From Promethearchaeota archaeon (GTDB lineage Archaea > Asgardarchaeota > Lokiarchaeia > Sigyniarchaeales > SOKP01), in contig JBHLNF010000011.1 in NCBI GenBank assembly GCA_048937405.1, positions 1 to 64,000 on the forward strand: a DNA stretch of 64,000 nucleotides, in the 5' to 3' direction. Of the stretch, positions 61,196-64,000 are shown one piece after another. Made by a program: the position numbers and the translations under genes. The notes under the pieces were generated by a model. That model saw nothing but the letters and a program-made list of their open reading frames with translations, was not told the origin of the DNA and searched no databases. Every line of letters starts with the position of its first letter. Position 1 is the stretch's first letter.

Positions 61196-62158
61196 ATGAG
61201 CAAACAGAAACAAATTGAGAAGTTAATAGTTGAACAACAAAAAGTACGATTATACAAAATAAAACATTTTATTTTTGATTTTGGAGGCGTATTAATAGAA
61301 AAGACTTTTGTATTAAAAAATTTACTTGATATTATTGAGGCAGATTTGAATATATCTATACCACGTGATGAGAATTCATTTATAAGAAAAATCAAAAGAG
61401 GATTAAGTTCTGGAAGAATTTCTAGTAATGAATTTTTAGAAAAGATTTTCGATAAGTATTATTATCCATTTCAGGAAAAAGGCGGAGCTTTACCTCCTAA
61501 AAAGGTAAATGCGGAATATTATGTTGAGCTTTGGTTTGATTTATACTCACAAGTCACAAATATATCTTCAGAAATGGAAGAGATAATAGAACGTTTACAC
61601 CAAGCAGATTATACAGTGAGTCTAATGTCTAATACTCATGATATCCATGCTAAGTCAAATTATTTAAGAGGATTCTATGACATTTTTGATAATGTTTTCT
61701 TATCCAACGAAATTGGCTTTATTAAACCAGAAATGGCGAAATATAAATACGTATTAAAAAAATTAGATACAAAACCGAAAAAATGCATCTTTATTGATGA
61801 TAAAATTCAGAATCTAGTCCCCGCTAGAGAATTAGGAATAATTGTAATTAGATTTGAATCCTTTGAAAAATTTAAAGCTAAATTAAACGAATTGGGAATA
61901 GGAAATATTAGCAAGGATATTCGTCATAAAATAAAGAAAAAATATAAGAAATATAAAAAGACAAAAAAGGAATATAAGAAAGCTAAGAAGGAATATAAGA
62001 AAGCTAAAAAAGAGTACTTTAAAAAGAAAGGTAAAGCACCAAAAAAAAGAAAGGAGTATCAACAAAAACGAGCACAATATAAGAAAAAAAAGACAGAATA
62101 TAAGCAACAGAAAGATAAGAAAAAGGAGGAACTAGTTTCAAAAATACGAATTACTTAG
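61196..62158 (+). CDS. HAD-superfamily phosphatase (YihX-like) with Lys-rich C-terminal tail
   Basis: FIFDFGGVL, LMSNT, LS.EIG.IKP, FIDD...N; tail of KKEYKKA repeats. Confidence 0.85.
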   Translation: MSKQKQIEKLIVEQQKVRLYKIKHFIFDFGGVLIEKTFVLKNLLDIIEADLNISIPRDENSFIRKIKRGLSSGRISSNEFLEKIFDKYYYPFQEKGGALPPKKVNAEYYVELWFDLYSQVTNISSEMEEIIERLHQADYTVSLMSNTHDIHAKSNYLRGFYDIFDNVFLSNEIGFIKPEMAKYKYVLKKLDTKPKKCIFIDDKIQNLVPARELGIIVIRFESFEKFKAKLNELGIGNISKDIRHKIKKKYKKYKKTKKEYKKAKKEYKKAKKEYFKKKGKAPKKRKEYQQKRAQYKKKKTEYKQQKDKKKEELVSKIRIT

Positions 62159-62179
62159 GAACTAATTAATTAATTTTAG

Positions 62180-63310
62180 TTACTCTTTACTTTCTTCCTT
62201 TTCTTCTTGTTCTTTGTTGAATTCTTCAACCTTCTTCATAACACTTTCAGATGGTGTTTCTGGTAAAGAAATTTTTTCAAAGATTTCTATAAATTTAACA
62301 TCGTCAATTTCATCAGTCATATGTGTTTGTAAATCCATTGCTAACCCGAATTTAACATAAGTTAAATTTTGGAAAAGAAACATTTTTGGAATCGTAATCT
62401 CAAGAGTTTTACTCTTAGGAATATAACTAACTTGAAAATCGGAAATGCTTTCTTTTGGGATTCCTTTATTCATCATAAAATATTCTATCTTTTCATTAAA
62501 GTCTTCAATTTTATCTATTATTTCTAAATTGTAATCGATACTTTGACCTGCTAAAGGATGGTTATAATCAACAATAACTCTTCCTTGCAGAACATTTGTA
62601 ACTGTTCCCCTTTGTGTTTGTCCTTGAGTTTGTTTAACAAATTCTTGTCCTATCTCCGGATTTTTTCCTTCATTCATTCTTCTAAATTTGGCAATACCGA
62701 TTCTTTCAATCTTTTGAGGATCGCGTTTTCCAAAAGCTTTGGTAGGTGGTATTCTAACTGATTTTTTTTCAAAAAAATTCATTCCTTTGACTGTCTCAGT
62801 AAGGCCTTCATTTAAAAATCCTGGTTTGCCCACTATAACAAATTCCGGAGTATAATATCCTTGTTTAGCCTGATTTTCATCATAAATTCCTGCTTTTTTT
62901 GCATCTTCTTCTGAAGAAACTCGAAAAATTTTCCCTTTTTGTGTTCGAGCAGTGATTTTAATGATAACGAAATCTCCTTCTTCAACTTTCTTGCCTTGTA
63001 ATTTTGATTTTTTTTGTTCTAATTTTTTAATCTCTTCTTGAATTTTCTTTTCTTCTTCATCCCCTTCCTTCTTAGTCTGATCAACTTCTTCTTTCTTATT
63101 TGGTTCAGTTTTTCCTTTTTCAGTTTTGCTTTGTATCATTTCTTTAGCATTTTCAATAACTTTTTCGGCTGTAGCTTTCCCAAATCCTTTAAGATCAGTT
63201 AATTCTTCTAATTTTGAGTTTGCTAATTTTTCAACTGTATCAATTCCAGCTTCTTTTAATGTGTCAATCTTTTTGCCTAGACCCTTGATATCTTCTAATT
63301 TAAGAGACAT
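62180..63310 (-). CDS. Long archaeal FKBP-type PPIase with N-terminal helix-hairpin-helix domain
   Basis: IKGLG...LKGFGKATA (HhH), EGDFV.I, IPP.KAFG.RDP, VDYNHPLAG. ATG 63310 preferred to 63424, which overlaps the neighbour. Confidence 0.88.
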   Translation of the reverse strand: MSLKLEDIKGLGKKIDTLKEAGIDTVEKLANSKLEELTDLKGFGKATAEKVIENAKEMIQSKTEKGKTEPNKKEEVDQTKKEGDEEEKKIQEEIKKLEQKKSKLQGKKVEEGDFVIIKITARTQKGKIFRVSSEEDAKKAGIYDENQAKQGYYTPEFVIVGKPGFLNEGLTETVKGMNFFEKKSVRIPPTKAFGKRDPQKIERIGIAKFRRMNEGKNPEIGQEFVKQTQGQTQRGTVTNVLQGRVIVDYNHPLAGQSIDYNLEIIDKIEDFNEKIEYFMMNKGIPKESISDFQVSYIPKSKTLEITIPKMFLFQNLTYVKFGLAMDLQTHMTDEIDDVKFIEIFEKISLPETPSESVMKKVEEFNKEQEEKEESKE

Positions 63311-63407
63311 TTCAACTCGATTAATTTCCTTTTTAAAAGTAGAATCGTTAAAAGTTAATTCAAGCAATATTTGATTACTTATAGATTTTACTAAAATAGA
63401 GAATTCC

Positions 63408-63998
63408 TTATGACACAGGTTCAAATATTATTCCTAATCCTTTTGCATATAATTTTACTTCACGTATTTCATCCGGTGTAGGTCGTCTATTTATCTCTTC
63501 ATGATTAAAAGCTTTGTATTGAGGACGATATTGTTTCATAATATTCATTACAGCATTGGGAAGTTCTTTAGCAACATAATCTAATATTGGTTTAGAACAG
63601 CATTCAATATGATTTGGCATAACTAAATGTCTAATACAGATTTCTCCACTTCCCTCATCATGGATTCTTTTATGATTTCTGGCTATAACATCAAAGTAGT
63701 TATCAATACCAGAATATTTTTTTCCACACTCATTATTTCCATACTTCCAGTCTGGCAACCAAAAATCCATAAAATCGATAATTAAAGATAAAGCTTTATC
63801 TGTTAAGAAAAAGTTTGAATTCCATAATTGGCAAATATTGGATTTTTGAAATTTTAAACTCCCAATTATTGTGTGAATGTTTGGAATGGGATCCCCCCCA
63901 ACATAATTTATATTTATTGCTCCCCGATCAACTAATTTTTCTGCAATTCCTGCTAAAGATATAGAATTAACTTTCTGTGCAACATCTTCAATGTTTTT
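63408..63998 (-). CDS. PflX-like radical SAM protein, 5'-truncated by the window edge
   Basis: Frame open to the edge: NINYVGGDP, QLWNSN, DFWLPDWKYGN, IRHLVMPNHIECC, NIM.QYRP. Confidence 0.85.
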   Translation of the reverse strand, partial: KNIEDVAQKVNSISLAGIAEKLVDRGAININYVGGDPIPNIHTIIGSLKFQKSNICQLWNSNFFLTDKALSLIIDFMDFWLPDWKYGNNECGKKYSGIDNYFDVIARNHKRIHDEGSGEICIRHLVMPNHIECCSKPILDYVAKELPNAVMNIMKQYRPQYKAFNHEEINRRPTPDEIREVKLYAKGLGIIFEPVS

Positions 63999-64000
63999 AC

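Noticed and set aside
63311-63424. N-terminal extension of the FKBP ORF in the track
   Set aside because: Overlaps the upstream gene's end and precedes the natural HhH start MSLKLEDIKGLG at 63310.

Overview
Very AT-rich archaeal chromosomal DNA, most likely from a Lokiarchaeia (Asgard/Promethearchaeota) genome. This assignment rests on roadblock, longin, gelsolin and PCI/UFL1-like domains, a second EF-2 paralog lacking the diphthamide motif, aCPSF1/FttA, BHB-intron tRNA and GGTGA Shine-Dalgarno motifs. About 55 CDSs and 2 tRNAs; no CRISPR, rRNA, integrase or IS element seen. Main points: (1) a ~14-kb chemosensory cluster (cheW, cheY, cheA, cheW-cheC-cheC fusion, cheB x2, cheD, cheC) with no receptor, CheR, CheF or archaellum gene, but with co-oriented gelsolin-domain, longin-domain and truncated roadblock genes, a candidate chemosensory-to-actin/GTPase system; (2) an unannotated 66-codon two-TM ORF with an in-frame UGA, flanked by two copies of a eukaryote-type SECIS-like RNA element (candidate new selenoprotein); (3) an inositol-1-P synthase surrounded by four ITPK1-like ATP-grasp genes and phosphatases; (4) evidence for AUU/AUA translation starts; (5) a tRNA-Gln(CUG) with two introns and a C33; (6) two unexplained structured intergenic RNAs. 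All calls are by eye from sequence motifs; no database searches were run.
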